Of a stretch of 64,000 bases of DNA, positions 12,855-25,779 are shown in pieces. How positions within the stretch are numbered: position 1 is the first letter of the stretch; every line of letters begins with the position of its first letter. The position numbers and the translations under genes are program-made. Where the stretch lies: positions 15,090,421 through 15,154,420 of the forward strand of contig NC_081397.1 in NCBI RefSeq assembly GCF_030684315.1. Reading direction: 5' to 3'. This DNA is from Stegostoma tigrinum. Lineage: Eukaryota. The notes beneath the pieces are model-generated. The model was not told where the DNA came from. It saw nothing but the letters and a program-made list of their open reading frames with translations, and did not search any database.

Positions 12855-13690
12855 ATGTGATGTTGTTGACTTGGTCAGTGAGCTGTCATGTTTTTGTTCG
12901 GACGTTTTGCCACCATGCTAGGTGACATCATCAGTGGAGCCTCTGCTGATGCAATGTGATTCTCCTCTGCTTGGAATTTGCACTGTCAGGTCTGTTATGC
13001 TGAGTACTGTCATTTCAGTTTTGATCTATATGGGTTTATACATGGGGTCCAATTCTATGTTTGTGTGGAGAACAATGTCTCTAGGAATTCCTTAACATGT
13101 CTATGTTTGGCTTAGGCTGCTATGGTTACCTTACACAACAAAAATAAAAGGTGCTGGAAAAAGCTCAGGTCAGGCAGCATCGGTGAAGGGAAAAACAGAG
13201 AGTTAGCCTTGCGGGTCCAGTAACCTTTCCTCAGAACCAGTTACTGCTGAGCTGCAGAGCTTGTCCAGCAAGTCTGTTTTTTGTTCCTGATTTACAGCAT
13301 CCACAGTTCTTTCTTTTTAATATGGTAACTTTGTCCCATTTCAACTGATGGCCTTGGTTGTCTGAATGTATCACATATTCAGACAATAAAGGCCATCAGG
13401 TTAACATGGGACAAAGTAACCATGGTAGCCCAAGCCAAACACAGACACACAGCAATTCCGAGAGGCATGGTTTTCCATGCATACTTCAATCAACAAGATT
13501 ATAGAATCGGACCCCAAAAATGAAAACTCAGACAGATCAAAACCAGAAGTGATAGTAGTCACCATAATGGACCATACAGTATAAATTCCACAGGACGTGG
13601 AATAACTGACTCATTGGAGGCTCCACTGATGATACCACTGAGCATGGTGATGGACTGTATGAAGAAAAGCAAGCCAGCTCAACATTATCC
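12855..13690. mobile_element. Degenerate Penelope-like (Poseidon-type) element with inverted arms and a nested short repeat
   Basis: 12860-13130 mirrors 13380-13680; decayed hammerhead CTGATGATGTCACCTAGCATGGTGGCAAAACGTC on (-); homologous to 38825-39560. Confidence 0.65.
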
Positions 13691-13905
13691 GCTATCCGAG
13701 CTGCAGATCTCGCAAAACACTTGAAATGCTGAAATTTGTTCGAACTGGGCAGGTGTGCATTGTGAATGGTGGAAAAAAACAAAACTTCTATTTCCTCTGT
13801 GTTGTTGGAACAAATCTCACTGGAAATTGACCTCAATGTGTGTCTGACTCAATCTGGTCTGTGACTGTGGAAAGGATGCTCTCTGCTCTGACAGCGGTAA
13901 CATAC

Positions 13906-13987
13906 CTTCCGTTTGTTAGAAGCAGCTGGTCACACTTGGCTTTGTGCCGAGGGAATATTACTTTCTCTTAGTCCCTCACGTATTTGC
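13906..13987 (-). pseudogene. 82-nt exon-2 copy of the unknown repeated gene (in-frame TAA)
   Basis: CTTCCTCCAG|GCAAATACG..AACGGAAG|GTATGT. Confidence 0.55.
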
Positions 13988-14479
13988 CTGGAGGAAGACA
14001 GAAGAAAATCCTCCTGCAAGTCAACATCAGCCAAGTTCAGTGATATTTCATTATTGGATGCAATGTTCAGTTAATAATCATTACAATATTTAATTTCAAG
14101 CCAGGAATCTGAACAGAATTAGGTGTTTGATTCCACTCTTGATCTGAGCTGCTTCTTTGTCTTGTGATTTTTCTTTTTGTTAATTCCATACCAATTGAGT
14201 GAAGTCCAGAAACAAACTAAGTGTCCAGATCCATGAATGGGACTACACAATGTAAGTGGGTCTGTGGATATGAGTTTATTTGTTGATCTATTCATGTCTC
14301 ACACATTGGTGAGCCTTTGTTAAATTACTTATGTATTCACACAGCAGAGACTGACGGGGACCTGTGAGATTCTGCCCTGTGTTTATTTGAGAAGTTATCA
14401 AATTGGACTTGACTGTGATTATTTTTTTTCCCCCCCTTTGTGAATATGAGAATGCCGTTGTAAGTCTTTACCTGATTGT

Positions 14480-15567
14480 TGGTGATGTGGGAATGTTCGT
14501 GTCAGTGTCTGCAAGGTGAGTATACTTATCCATCTGTGCCAGTCGTTTTCTGCTATCTGAATGTCAGAGAGCAGGCTTCAGACTGTGCTTCTCAGTTTCT
14601 GCTATGTCAACACGTGAGCTTGGCTTTTCATCTTTACCTGTCAGTTCCGAGCTTTGAATGTGTGGGTGCAGTTGTTAGCGTAACCTTGAATGTTTCTGCT
14701 TGTAAAAATGCACCATATTCATTCAATCCTAACAGTCATTTTCAGACATGTGAATATGAAAATGTAGTTATCCGTCTGTGATTGTCAGTTTCTGTTCTGT
14801 AATTATGAGACTGTGCTTTTCAGTGCGTACCAACCAATTTCTGTTGTATGAATGAGATTGTCATTATCAATCTGAACCTTGTCAGTGTCTCCCCAGTGAA
14901 TATTCTTGTGTAATTATCAGGATTATACCTCTAGGTTTCTGCTGTGAATTATTAATTAATTAATTAGTTCTCTTGCTTTCTTGTAACATTTTGCAGGAAG
15001 GATTATCCCATCCCTGTCACATATTACAATACAAATGTGTGGTTATGGTTATCAAATCTGCTCACTCAGTTTTTGTCATGTGAATGAGAGGGTGCAGTTA
15101 TAAATCTCAGTTTCTGCAATGATAATGGAAGTGCAATTATCAGTCTCCATCAGTTTCTGCTGTATCCATAGATGGGTTTAGTTATTATCAGTACATGTCA
15201 GTTTCTGTCACATAAATGTGTGAGTGTTATCAACCTGCCCCTGACAGTTACTGTAATGCAGGTGGGTGACTGTAGTTATTAAGCTGTAGCTCTCTGTTAC
15301 TGCCATGTGAATGAGTGTAGCTGTGCACCTACACATCAGTTGCTGGTGGTCAATGCATGAGTGTAGTTGTCACGTCTATACCTGTTTTGTATTTGCTTGT
15401 CAGTCTGAGTTTAGTAATCGATCAGTTATTGTCAGATTCTGCTGTGAAAATCTGATAGTTATCAAACTGTACCTGTCAGTTTAAACAAATATGAAACTGG
15501 GAGTTTTATTATTAATCTGTTTCTGTCAGTTTTTGCTGTGTGGATATGATAGATTTGTGATCAAAAT
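14480..15567 (-). repeat. Degenerate ~49-bp tandem array; resumes at 17000-17485 after the CR1
   Basis: Periodic TGTCAGTTTCTGCT; AGTTATC at 17357, 17406, 17455 gives period 49. Confidence 0.75.
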
Positions 15568-16998
15568 TTCAGGAATAGTGCCAGATGACTGGAGGGTAGC
15601 AAATGTGGTTTCCCTGTTCAAGAAGGGGAGTAGAGACAACCCTGGTAATTATAGACCACTGAGCCTTACCTCAGTTGTTGGTAAAGTGTTGGAAAAGGTT
15701 ATAAGGGATCGGATTTATATTCTAGAAAAGAATAAAATTGATTAGGGATAGTCAGCATGGTTTTGTTAACGGAAGGTCGTGCCTCACAAACCTTAGAGTT
15801 CTTTGAGAAGGTGACCAAACAGGTAGATGAGAGTAAACCGGTTGATGTGGTGTTTATCGATTTCAGCAAGGCATTTGATAAGATTCCCCACAAGACGCTA
15901 TTGTACAAAATGCGGAGGAATGGAATTGTGGGAGATATAGCAGTTTAGATCGGAAATTGGCTTGCTGAAAGAAGACAGAGGGTGGTAGTTGATGGGAAAT
16001 GTTCATCCTGGAGAGCAGTTACTAATGGTGTACCGCAAGGGTCGCTGTTGGGTCCACTGCTGTTTGTCATTTTTATAAATGACCTGGATGAGGGCGTAGA
16101 AGGATGGGTTAGTACATTTGCAGACGACACCAAAGGTCGGTGGAGCTGTGGATAGTGACGAAGGATGCTGTAGGTTGCAGAGAGTCATCGATAAGCTGCA
16201 GAGCTGGGCTGAGAGGTGGGAAATAGATTTTAATGCAGACAAGTATGAGGTGATGCACTTTGGTAGGAGTAAACAGAAGGCAAAGTACAGGGCTAATGGT
16301 AAGATTCTTAGTAGTGTAGATGAGCAGAGAGAGATCTCGGCGTCCATGTACACAGATCCTTGAAAGTTGCCACCCAGGTTGACAGGGGTGTTAAGGTGGC
16401 ATACAGTGTTTCAGCTTTTATTCATCGAGTTCTGGAACCAAGAGGTTATGGTGAAGCCATACAAAACTCTGGTGCGGCTGCACTTGGAGCATTGTGTGCA
16501 GTTCTGGTCACCGCATTATAAGAAGGATGTGGAAGCTTTGGAAATGGTGCAGAGGAGATTTACTAGGATGTTGCCTGATATGGAGGGAAGGTCTTGAGGA
16601 AAGGCTGAGGGACTTACATTACAGAGAAGAAGGTTGAGAGGTGACTTAATTGAAACATATAAAATAATCAGAGGGTTAGATAGGGTGGATAGGGAGAACC
16701 TTTTTCCTAGGATGGTGACGGTGAGCACGAGGGGGCATAGCTTTAAATTGAGGGGTGAAAGATATAGGACAGATGTCTGAGGTAATTTCTTGACTCAGTA
16801 GTAAGGGAATGGAACACTTTGCCTGCAACGGTAGTAGATTCGCCAACTTTGGGTACATTTAAGGCGTCATTGGATAAGTATATGGACGTACATGGAATAG
16901 CGTAGGTTAGATGGGCTTGAGATCGGTATGACAGGTCGGCACAACAACATCGAGGGCCAAAGGGCCTGTACTGTGCTGTAATGTTCTACGTTCTATGT
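15568..16998 (+). mobile_element. 5'-truncated CR1 (HER1-like) LINE
   Basis: RT motifs DWRVANV..GNYRPLSLTSVVGK, DFSKAFDK, GVPQGS, FADD, LEHCVQFWSP; tail (ATGTTCT)n. Confidence 0.92.
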
Positions 16999-18604
16999 TT
17001 TGTCATTAACTACCAGACGAATGTCCGAGTCCATTTACCGGTCAGTCCCTGTCAGTTTCAGCTGTGTGTCCGAGTGTGCAGTTATAAATCTGTAACTGGT
17101 AGTCTCTGTTACATGGCTATTTCAGGACATTTATCAATCGTTCCCTATCAGCCAGTGAGTGTGCTGTGAATGTGCTTAGCAATTTGGATTTGCCAGTCCT
17201 GGTATTGAAATATAAATAATTTCTCCTTGTCAGTTTCTGCTTGGTGTGTTAGTGAGTGGAGTTAGAAATCTGTACCTATAATGTTTATACCACATGAATA
17301 AGAGTACAGATGTCAATCTTTCTCTGTCTGTTTCTGCTCTGTGAATATCGAAGTATAGTTATCAATCTGTACATGCCAGCTGCTGCTTTGTGAACCTCCG
17401 AGTTTAGTTATCAGCCCAAGCCTGTCAGTTTCTGCTTTAAGAACGCAGGAGTGCAGTTATCAGCCTGTGCCTGTCAGTTATTGCTCCATGCATTTGTTTT
17501 GTGCAATGGATTGTGTAATGTAAAAGCAAAAAGGTTTTGTAACTCCAAGAGAGCAGAGTCTAACTGACAGAAATTGTATCAAGGGCTGTTCTTCAAGGTG
17601 ACATCAGCTTTTCTGTGTACACAGGAACAGAATTTTGTGAATAATGCTGAGGGAATAGATTGATGTGGCATTCCTTTCTCTGAGTCTAAAGAAAAGGGCA
17701 ATGAACAAATCAACTGTATTCAGCTGAATGACCACGAGGTTCCTTCTACAGGGAAGGGTATCGGCTAATTCACTTAAATTATACTACCACGGATATAACA
17801 GAACCCTGCTCTGTTGTGCAATGGCACATGGCATCAGCAATACACTGACAATGCGCTGTCGTGGGGATGAAGAAAGAAAAAGGAATTGTATTTTCTGTCT
17901 TACAGTGGAGAAGATTTCACCTTATTGAATATGGTCGAACTGTGAGAAAGTAAAATTTGACAATTACAAGATTTAGTTAAATGGATCATTCTTCGTTGCT
18001 TTAAATGATGATTACATCACTAACGTGAAGAAACAGGATTCTGTTTTCTTGCGTGTTTCTGGAATATTTCATTGGGAGGGACAAGTGACACTAGAAAACT
18101 GTTTAACTTAGTTGCCAAATTCACTTCAATGCTTCACCCCACACAAAAAAAAGAAATTTTGCAAGACAGACGGAAAATATGGTTTCTATTCCTGAAGGTG
18201 AACACATTGAGAATCACGCTGTGATAAGGTAGATTGGCAAATCGTATACTGCCATGGCACACTTATTGAAATGGAATGCTGGCTGAACGGGATCAGAAAT
18301 GTCAGGTGCTTGTTTTTGTCTACTATCAACCCCATGGGCTGAAAGGTATTTTTTTCTGTCTGGTAGACTCTCTTGCTTTTCTTAAAACAGAGCTGTAAAC
18401 ATTTTCTATGTATTTGCTTCTGTTCCCTGCAGTGTGTATGACAACAATGTATACCCAGTCTTTGTATGTTATGTGTTGATACAATGAGCATATTTGGGAC
18501 TCAGTCAGCAGCTTTGTCTATGTGTTTGCATGTGCTCAGTAGTGATTTGCTACTTGTCAGACGTGGTTGTTCAAACTATGTAACATGATGTCTTCCTTTG
18601 AGGG

Positions 18605-20410
18605 GGTAACAAGGTGTAGAGCTGGATGAACACAGCAGGTCAGGCAGCAGAGGAGCAGGAGAGCTGACATTTTTGGACTGGACCCTTCTGTCAGAAATGG
18701 GGGGGGGGGGGGGGGGGGGGAAGGGAAGAGAAAGGGACTCTGCAATAAATAGAGAGAAGTGAGGAGATGATGACAAAAAGGTGGATAAAGGACCAGATAG
18801 GTGGAGAAAAGATGGCCAGTCAAGGAGGCAGGGCTGGAGCCAGTAACGGTAAGTGGAGGGAGGGAGGTCAGATGTGGGTTGAGGGAAGGCTGACAGGTCA
18901 AGGAGGCAGGGCTAAGGTTAGTAGGCCAAAGTGCCGGTGGGGGTTGATCAGTGAGGTGGGAGAAGCAGATTGGTTGGAGAAAAGATGGACAGGTCAAGGA
19001 GGCAGGGATGGGTTTGGGGTGGACAGATTTTGACGCCCTTGTTGAGAACATTGTGCTGCAGGGCTCCCAAGTGAAATACGAGCTGCTGCTCGTGCACCCT
19101 TCCGGTGGCAATGTTGTGGCACTGGAGGCGGCCTGGGATGGACATGTCGTCCAACGAGTGGGAGGGGGTGTTGAAGTGGTTCATGACTGGGGAGGTGCAG
19201 TCGTTTGTCACGATGTGAGCGTAGGTGTTCAAAGTGGTTTCCAAGCCTCCGCTTGGTTTCCCCAATGTAGAGGGGGCCACATCGGGAACAGTGGACACAA
19301 CACAATGTATTACTGGACATACAGATGAACATCTGTTTAACATGGAAGGTTTTCTTGGGACCTGGGATGGAGATAAGGGGAGAGAGATGAGATATTGGGG
19401 CAGGTGTAGCACTTCCTGTGGTTCCAGTGAAATGTGCCAGGGGCGGTGGGGCTATGGGGAGTGTGGAGTGGACGAGGGAGTCAGAGAGAGCGGTCCCTCT
19501 GGAAGGTTGATAGGGTTGGGGAGGGAAGAGTGTCCTTGGGAGTGGGGTGAGATTGAAGGTGGCAGAAGTGGCGGAGGAAGATGCGTTGAATCCTGAGTTT
19601 GTTGGAGTGATCCGTGATGACAAAGGAGATTCTGTCTTTTTTGTTATTGTGAAGAGGTTGTCTAAGGGGCAAGTTGCAGAAATGAGAGCGATGAGGTCAA
19701 GGGCATATTCAGCCACTGTGGAGTGGAAATGGCAGTCCTTGAAAAACAAGGACGTCTGCAATGACCGGGATTGGAATGCCTCATCTCGGGAGCAGCTGAA
19801 ACAGAGGAAGGAATTGGGAATAGGGGATGGCATTCTTGCAGGAAGGTAGGGGAGGGGAGGTGTATTCTAGGTAGCTGTGACAGTCGGTTGACTTGAATTA
19901 GTTACCAGTTTCCAGAAATGCAAACAGAGTTGTCCAGGAAGGAGAGAGATGTACTTAAGATGGTCCAGGTGAAGTTAAACTTGGGGTGGAAGCTGTTAGT
20001 AAAGTGGATGAACTGTGAGTTCCTTGAGGGAGTACGAGGTGGCACCGATACAGTCATCGAAATAACAGAGGAAGAGGTGGGGGTGGGGACAGTGTAGCTG
20101 CAGAAGAGGGGCTGGTCCATGTATCCTACAAGAAGCAGGAATAGCTTGGGCCCATGCGGGTACCCGTGGCCACCCAATTTGACTGCAGAAAGTGGGAGCG
20201 TGAGAGACAGTGTGCATCAACGGGGCAGTCGGGTTTGTGGATTTTAGGGATAAGGCAGAAACAGTTAACATGGCGTTGGGGAAAGATGAGGTCAGAGGCT
20301 GTTGGCAGGAGAGTACCTGAGGTGCTGAGGTTGTGGATGGTCTGGGAGTTGATATTGTTTTGGCGATTGGGGCAGGGTCATGATCAAAGGGGGTGGTAGG
20401 AGGAGTCTCT
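18605..20410 (-). mobile_element. Older Penelope-like element (RT remnants, GIY-YIG, terminal repeat)
   Basis: Remnants LFLCYFDDCIG (YIDD-like), SLSFLD, CSRCGPLYIGETKRRLG; terminal repeat ~18605-18700. Confidence 0.85.
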
Positions 20411-20731
20411 CTATCCGGTTTGAGATATTATAAAATACCTTTCCTAAATGCAAACTTGATTCAGTTGCTGTTTTCAGTACTTTCAACAAGGAGTCAGCTG
20501 TTAACATTCACATCATGTTTGAAATGTTAAGGGGCTACAAATGATATTAATTGGAACGAGCATGATGTCAATTGACAATGAAAACAAAAAAAAATAAACT
20601 TGCCTTTCCTCAGTTGTGCTTGGTTAGTTGTTTCCTTGGAAAAGTCTCTGGAAATTGAGCTCAAAACAAGTCTGATCCAATCCACTCTGACTATGGAAAA
20701 GATACTCTCCATTCTGATCGCAGGAACATGC

Positions 20732-20803
20732 CTGGTGTTAGTTAGAAGCAACTGCTCACACTTGGCTTTGTAACAAGGAAATATTGTTTCTTCGAGTACT
20801 TTC
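20732..20803 (-). pseudogene. Exon-2 copy, 72 nt (10-nt deletion, GC donor)
   Basis: CTTCCTCCAG|GAAAGTAC..AACACCAG|GCATGTT. Confidence 0.5.
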
Positions 20804-21307
20804 CTGGAGGAAGACAGAAGAGTTCTCCTGTAAATCAACATCAGCCAAATTTAACAATATCAGTCAGATTAACATATATTCAGTGAACAGTTATTAGGGT
20901 GTTTCGTTTCTTGAACTTCACTTCCCAAAGCAACAGAACTCCAAAATAAACCTGTTGGACCACAGCATAGAATTCTCTTGACACAGTCTTTTCTTTAAAG
21001 GGCATCAATTCAAACACAAGTCTGATTCCATTCTTAAATCGAGCTGCTCCTTGTCTGAGGAATTGTTTTTCAAATATGTAATTCGATACCAACGGAGTGA
21101 GATTCAGAAACTGAGCAATAATTGCAAAGCTCCATCTGAGGTGCGACCTGAAGATGCTACACTGTTGACACAGCTCATGTTACCAGATCCCAACACACTG
21201 TTGAAAAGAACAGCAGCCGCTGTTTCAAATGTGTTTTTTCCCCCCGAGACGTATAATCTGTTAACTCCAATCTACGTCCTTTATCGGAAGCCCCACAACT
21301 GGCAACT

Positions 21308-21800
21308 AACAGCGTGAAACAGCAGCCAAACAATGAATTTCCATCAGTGTTTCGTAGACTAAAAACTACAAGACTGATCCCCAGCAGCAGCTTCTTGCCG
21401 CTGTGTCTCCCTCAGCAGGCCCACACACAGCCCGAGAAAGGCCTCTCTCTCCCCGCCCCCAGGCCGCTCACTCCAAGTTCCGGGACCAGTTCCTGCTCCC
21501 CTCCGCCTCTGACCAACAGCCCCCGGTTCTCCCTGAACTGAACCCGAATCAATGCCGGTCTCGGAGCCCCCTCTGTGTCCCAGACTCACATCTCGATGTG
21601 CTGCTGGAAGGAGCCCGCTGTTCCCTCGCTTCCCTGGGCGCTGGTCTCTCCATTGCGGCCTGTTTCAAACAAACCTCTTCCACTCACTGAGTCAACACTC
21701 CTCAATGCCATCACTGGGGGAGGGTCTCACGCATGCGCTCCTTTCATCGGCTGCCGGCGTCTTGGTGGTTTGGGAGTAAGGAACGCGCATGCGCTGCTAA
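21308..21800 (-). other. Promoter plus first-exon cassette of the unknown gene family (copy A; coding 21590-21653)
   Basis: NRF1-type GCGCATGCGC 21785-21794 and ACGCATGCGC 21729-21738; TCAGT Inr-like; GCCGCAATGG Kozak; AGAT|GTGAGT donor; encodes MERPAPREAREQRAPSSSTSR. Confidence 0.65.
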
Positions 21801-22375
21801 CACACCAATTTGCTTGAAACCGACCTTGCCCACAGCGCGGACAGGACACGGGATCTGATCTGTCTGTAACAGGCAGGAGGGAAGCGCGGAGATTGATACA
21901 GCTCAGGCAAACTGATCAACCAGCCGTGTAACCGTGGGTAATCAATCTTATCAAACACGCCGAATTAAACATCTTCAAAGCGATTAATTGCAAAATCCCT
22001 TTTTTTCGGGACATGTTTATTTCTCCCAGATTGTAAACATTCCGAACACAATTTGTAATTACTGCCTGAAATGTCTTTCGCAGGTAAATGGGAGGAATAC
22101 ACCGTTAAAACATCGCCAGAGGTCCTATCATCAAAATTAAACAAATTAACATTCCTGGAAGGGTTAATGAGATGCATGTACTGCATTATGTAAGATTTGT
22201 GTCTGGGCAGAATTACAAGTCGCGGTATGAAATAGCCAGATGCAGTTCCAGTGACCCTCCCCATGTGATACCATCCCCATTCTCAGTCTCTGCTCTCGGA
22301 AATGTGATATTTCAGTTACTCGAATCAATTCAAGTTTATGCTGTGTCTGCACTCGGAACCGGGACAGGGATCATT

Positions 22376-22554
22376 TGAGAGATAGACGGAATTGCAGATG
22401 CTGGACAATCTGAAATAACAAGGTGTAGAGTCGGATGCAAGCCAAGCAGCACCAGAGAAGCAGGAAGAAGGATCTGGGCCCGAAACGTCAGCTTTCCTGC
22501 TCCTCTGATGCTGCTTGGCCTGTTATGGTCATCCAGCTCTGCACCATGTTATTT
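22376..22554. mobile_element. Fold-back mini-element from Penelope terminal repeats, 11-bp TSD
   Basis: CAGGGATCATT at 22365-22375 and 22555-22565; empty site in the H1 paralogue at ~1805-1830. Confidence 0.85.
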
Positions 22555-22601
22555 CAGGGATCATTCGATCCGGGCTCAGCTCTTTCCTGAGAGATGTGTC
22601 C

Positions 22602-22617
22602 GGCTCTGAGAAGAGCT
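22602..22617 (-). terminator. Degenerate histone stem-loop of H1 copy 2
   Basis: AGCTCT TCTC AGAGCC-GGACAC (basal G>A, altered 3' flank); HDE GGAAAGAGCTG intact at ~22577-22587. Confidence 0.8.
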
Positions 22618-22653
22618 TTTGGGTTCAGGTTGTTACATGTTACACGGACTGCT

Positions 22654-23292
22654 TCATTTCTTTGCTGCTTTCTTGGTCACTTTCGCTTTGGGCTTGGCCT
22701 TCGGTTTCCTCGATTTCGGGGCCGGCTTGGCGGCCTTGGGGCTCTTGGTCTTTATCACCTTCTTCATGGGAGTCTTTTTCTTCGGCGCTGCTTTCTTCGC
22801 CGCTTTCTTTGGCGTTGCTGCCTTCTTGCCGCCCGCTTTCTTGCCTGTTGCTTTCTTGGCTGGGGACTTCTTCGCTGCCACCTTCTTGGCCGTTGTTTTC
22901 TTCACGGCTGCTTTCTTGGCGGCTGCTGCTGGTCTCGCCTTCTTTCCCACTTTTGCCTTGACTGGATTCTTTGCGAGTTTGAAGGAGCCGGAGACGCCCT
23001 GGCCCTTCACCAGAACCAGGGAGCCTTTCGCCAGGCACCTCTTGGCAGCCATCCTGATCTGTGCATTTTGCTTCTCCACATTGACCCCGCTTCTCTGCAG
23101 CGCCTTCTTTATAGTGACCAGAGACGTCCCCTTCCGATCGCTGTTCTCCCCGACAATCTTCACAATCCGCTCGCCCAACCCGGGACCGGCTGGTTTCTTC
23201 CTGGGAGCCGCCGCCTTCTTCTTCTTTGGAGACTTGGGTTTGGTGCTGGCGGAGGCTGGAGGAGCCGTTTCGGCGGCTGCACTGTCGCTCAT
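22654..23292 (-). CDS. H1: Histone H1, 212 aa (paralogue of 1117-1725)
   Basis: Near-identical globular domain; tail 10 aa longer. Confidence 0.96.
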   Translation of the reverse strand: MSDSAAAETAPPASASTKPKSPKKKKAAAPRKKPAGPGLGERIVKIVGENSDRKGTSLVTIKKALQRSGVNVEKQNAQIRMAAKRCLAKGSLVLVKGQGVSGSFKLAKNPVKAKVGKKARPAAAAKKAAVKKTTAKKVAAKKSPAKKATGKKAGGKKAATPKKAAKKAAPKKKTPMKKVIKTKSPKAAKPAPKSRKPKAKPKAKVTKKAAKK

Positions 23293-24264
23293 GTCGGGAA
23301 CTCTGCGCTGAATCTCTCTCTGTCAGACTGAACTGGGTCAGCAATGAAGCTGCTGGTGGCGGCACTGAGCAACTTAAAGGCAGCGAGCGGACGGCGCGGA
23401 GACAACCTGCCCTCAGCTCCCTGCTCCTGCTGCCTGTCTGTGTTTCTCTCTCGGCACAAACTCTCCAATTCCTCTGCCATTCCGCATCTCCAGAGAGCCA
23501 GGCTCGATCGTTCCTGACCCTGACACGGGAAGGTTTGCGGCTGAAAGGTTTTCACTCGAATTGACGGCTCCGTTGTCGATTTTACCGCATTTTTTGCTGC
23601 ACTGATCGCGCTGTCTGAGCTGAGCGCTGGCATTATCATCATTTTTAGACTGAAATCTTGAAATCAACAAATATATTGCCTTGAATTCTATCTTTAGGGT
23701 TTAGTGGAGGAGCAGGGGGATGATTTGAAATGAATATCTTTTTGATTTGCACAAGAGAGACGTGGAAATATCATGATATGAGCGGACACACAAGCACATT
23801 TCCGTGTGACTATCCCGCCCGCCCTTTTCCTACAGTCTCTCTGACTCAATATTCACATCCATACAGTCACAGGGCAGAAATATCTCTAAATGTACCTGCG
23901 GGAGTATGTACTTTCTCCCCCTTTCAGCCTGTGCTCCGGTACCCAGGGAATTAGTTGTAGTTTTTCTCCTCAGTAATTGTGAAACTCTCCGAGGTCTGTG
24001 CGCCGGAGATTCGTTCTGCTGCATATTCAGCTGCAAGAGCCACTCATCTGGTTTGAAGTTACATTGATCACCGAGATCAGTTTTTTTTTCATTGCAGTGA
24101 CAATACTCAACATCGTTTCTGGGAATCACACTCATATAAACGTAAAGAATAGCAACTGGGCAAATAACACCCATCAGCCCTTCAAACCTCTCCTCCCACT
24201 CACCATGAAAATGGCAGATCATCCAACTCAATGGCTTGTCTCTTTTTTTTTTCCCCCACAGAGT

Positions 24265-24670
24265 CATACAGTGAGGATACAGACCGTTCAGTCCAATCAG
24301 TAGAGGCCGAGTATAATACCAAATTGAATTCGTTCCATCTACCTGCCCCTGACCTATTTCTTTTCAAAACTGTCGTGTTTATGCACTTCTCCAAATGTCG
24401 TTTTAATGTCATTATAGCCACGTCGACCATTTCGACAGGTAGTTTATTCCACATCCTTCCGTGTTCTATGTTTAAAAAACGCCCCTCGTGTCTTTTTTTT
24501 CAATCTCTCGCCTGTAACATTAAAATGTCCGCCCTGGTTTTCTATTCCCTCCATCCCAAACAAAGTTCAACGACCATTAACTCTGTCTCACCCCATCAGT
24601 ATTTTACAAACTGTGAGAAGGTGACTTCTCAACATCCTACTCTCCAGTGAAAAAAAGCCCCAGCCTATCC
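24265..24670 (-). mobile_element. CR1 LINE 3' fragment
   Basis: WNKLPVEMVDVA..LKRHLEK motif; inverted homologue of 1-180. Confidence 0.75.
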
Positions 24671-24949
24671 ATGAAAACACGGTGTGGAACTGAATGAACC
24701 TCGCAGGTCAAGCAGCATCTTAGGGACAGGAAACGTTATGGATCTTGACCCCTATCCATCCTTTCTATATGACTCGAGCCTTACATACTCTGCAAATACT
24801 AGTGAATCTCTTCTCAAATTTCAAAAACGGTGTTAAATAGCCCTCTAAAATGACAGTTTTGTAGACTGTAAAAAGACCACCATCCATACTCACGAATATA
24901 TCCATTTGAAAGGGCTTGGGCAGTTGATGTGGAGGAACACCACCTTGAT

Positions 24950-25185
24950 ACTAGCCACGTTTCCCTCCAATCACCCACAATCCTAACTTGGAAATACGTC
25001 CCCTTGCCTTCACTGTCTCTGAATCAAGACCCTGGATCTACCTGCGAACTGCAATGTGGGCAGCACATGGACCAGAACTATTTTAGAAGGTGGCTCAGCA
25101 CCAACTTCTCAATGGGGGAAACTAGGGACGCGCAATAAATGCTGGACCAAGCCAGAGACGTCCTCTTCCCAGGAATGTGCAAACC
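24950..25185 (+). mobile_element. LINE 3'-end fragment, clade uncertain (possibly RTE-X-like); relatives at ~29340-29660 and ~50640-51290
   Basis: Shared ..ACTTGGAA(A/G)TA..CACCAACTTCTC..GGG..CAATAAATGCTG text. Confidence 0.45.
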
Positions 25186-25779
25186 AGAAAAAACAGGTGG
25201 GTCATTCGTTGCGGTAACCCATTCATCACAAGGTTTCTGCCTGCAGCATACTGAGAATAAAATCAGTCATCAATTCCAAACTGGTATTTGCATCGGGCCC
25301 AGGGATATTATTACACTCCTCTGGTCCGGGTGTGGCTTTAGGACGGCCCACCTGACCCAGAAATAGGGAAACTACCTCTGCGCTGCAAGACTTCCCACAG
25401 CAGTTACATTCTGCCTTCGTCATAATGTCGCATTTATTCCATCGCTCTGTGAGTCAATATGGGACGAAGACCAGCAGAATTAAATATCACAGTTAACATG
25501 AGATCAGACGTGATTTTATTGAATAGTAGAGAATATTAAATGGGCCGAACGGCTGCCAGCTTCTCCGCTTCCCCACCAGATTGTGAGAAAGCCGGGGGGA
25601 GGCAGATATTAACATGACCCGGGAATGAGCTCCATTGGAGCTTCACAAAGGGCCAATGCCCCAGTTTGAAACACTTTATGCCATTTCCCCCACAGCCTCC
25701 ATTCGCTTTGCTTAAACTGGGAGGATAGGGAATTGGGGAAGTAACCAATTGATGTTTGTTTCTGGGACACAGCGGGGAA

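Noticed and set aside
21314-21817. Unspliced 75-95-aa ORFs shared by the three cassettes on the strand opposite exon 1
   Set aside because: Mostly non-ATG or poor-context starts and interrupted by insertions; the Kozak and donor signals favour the opposite strand.
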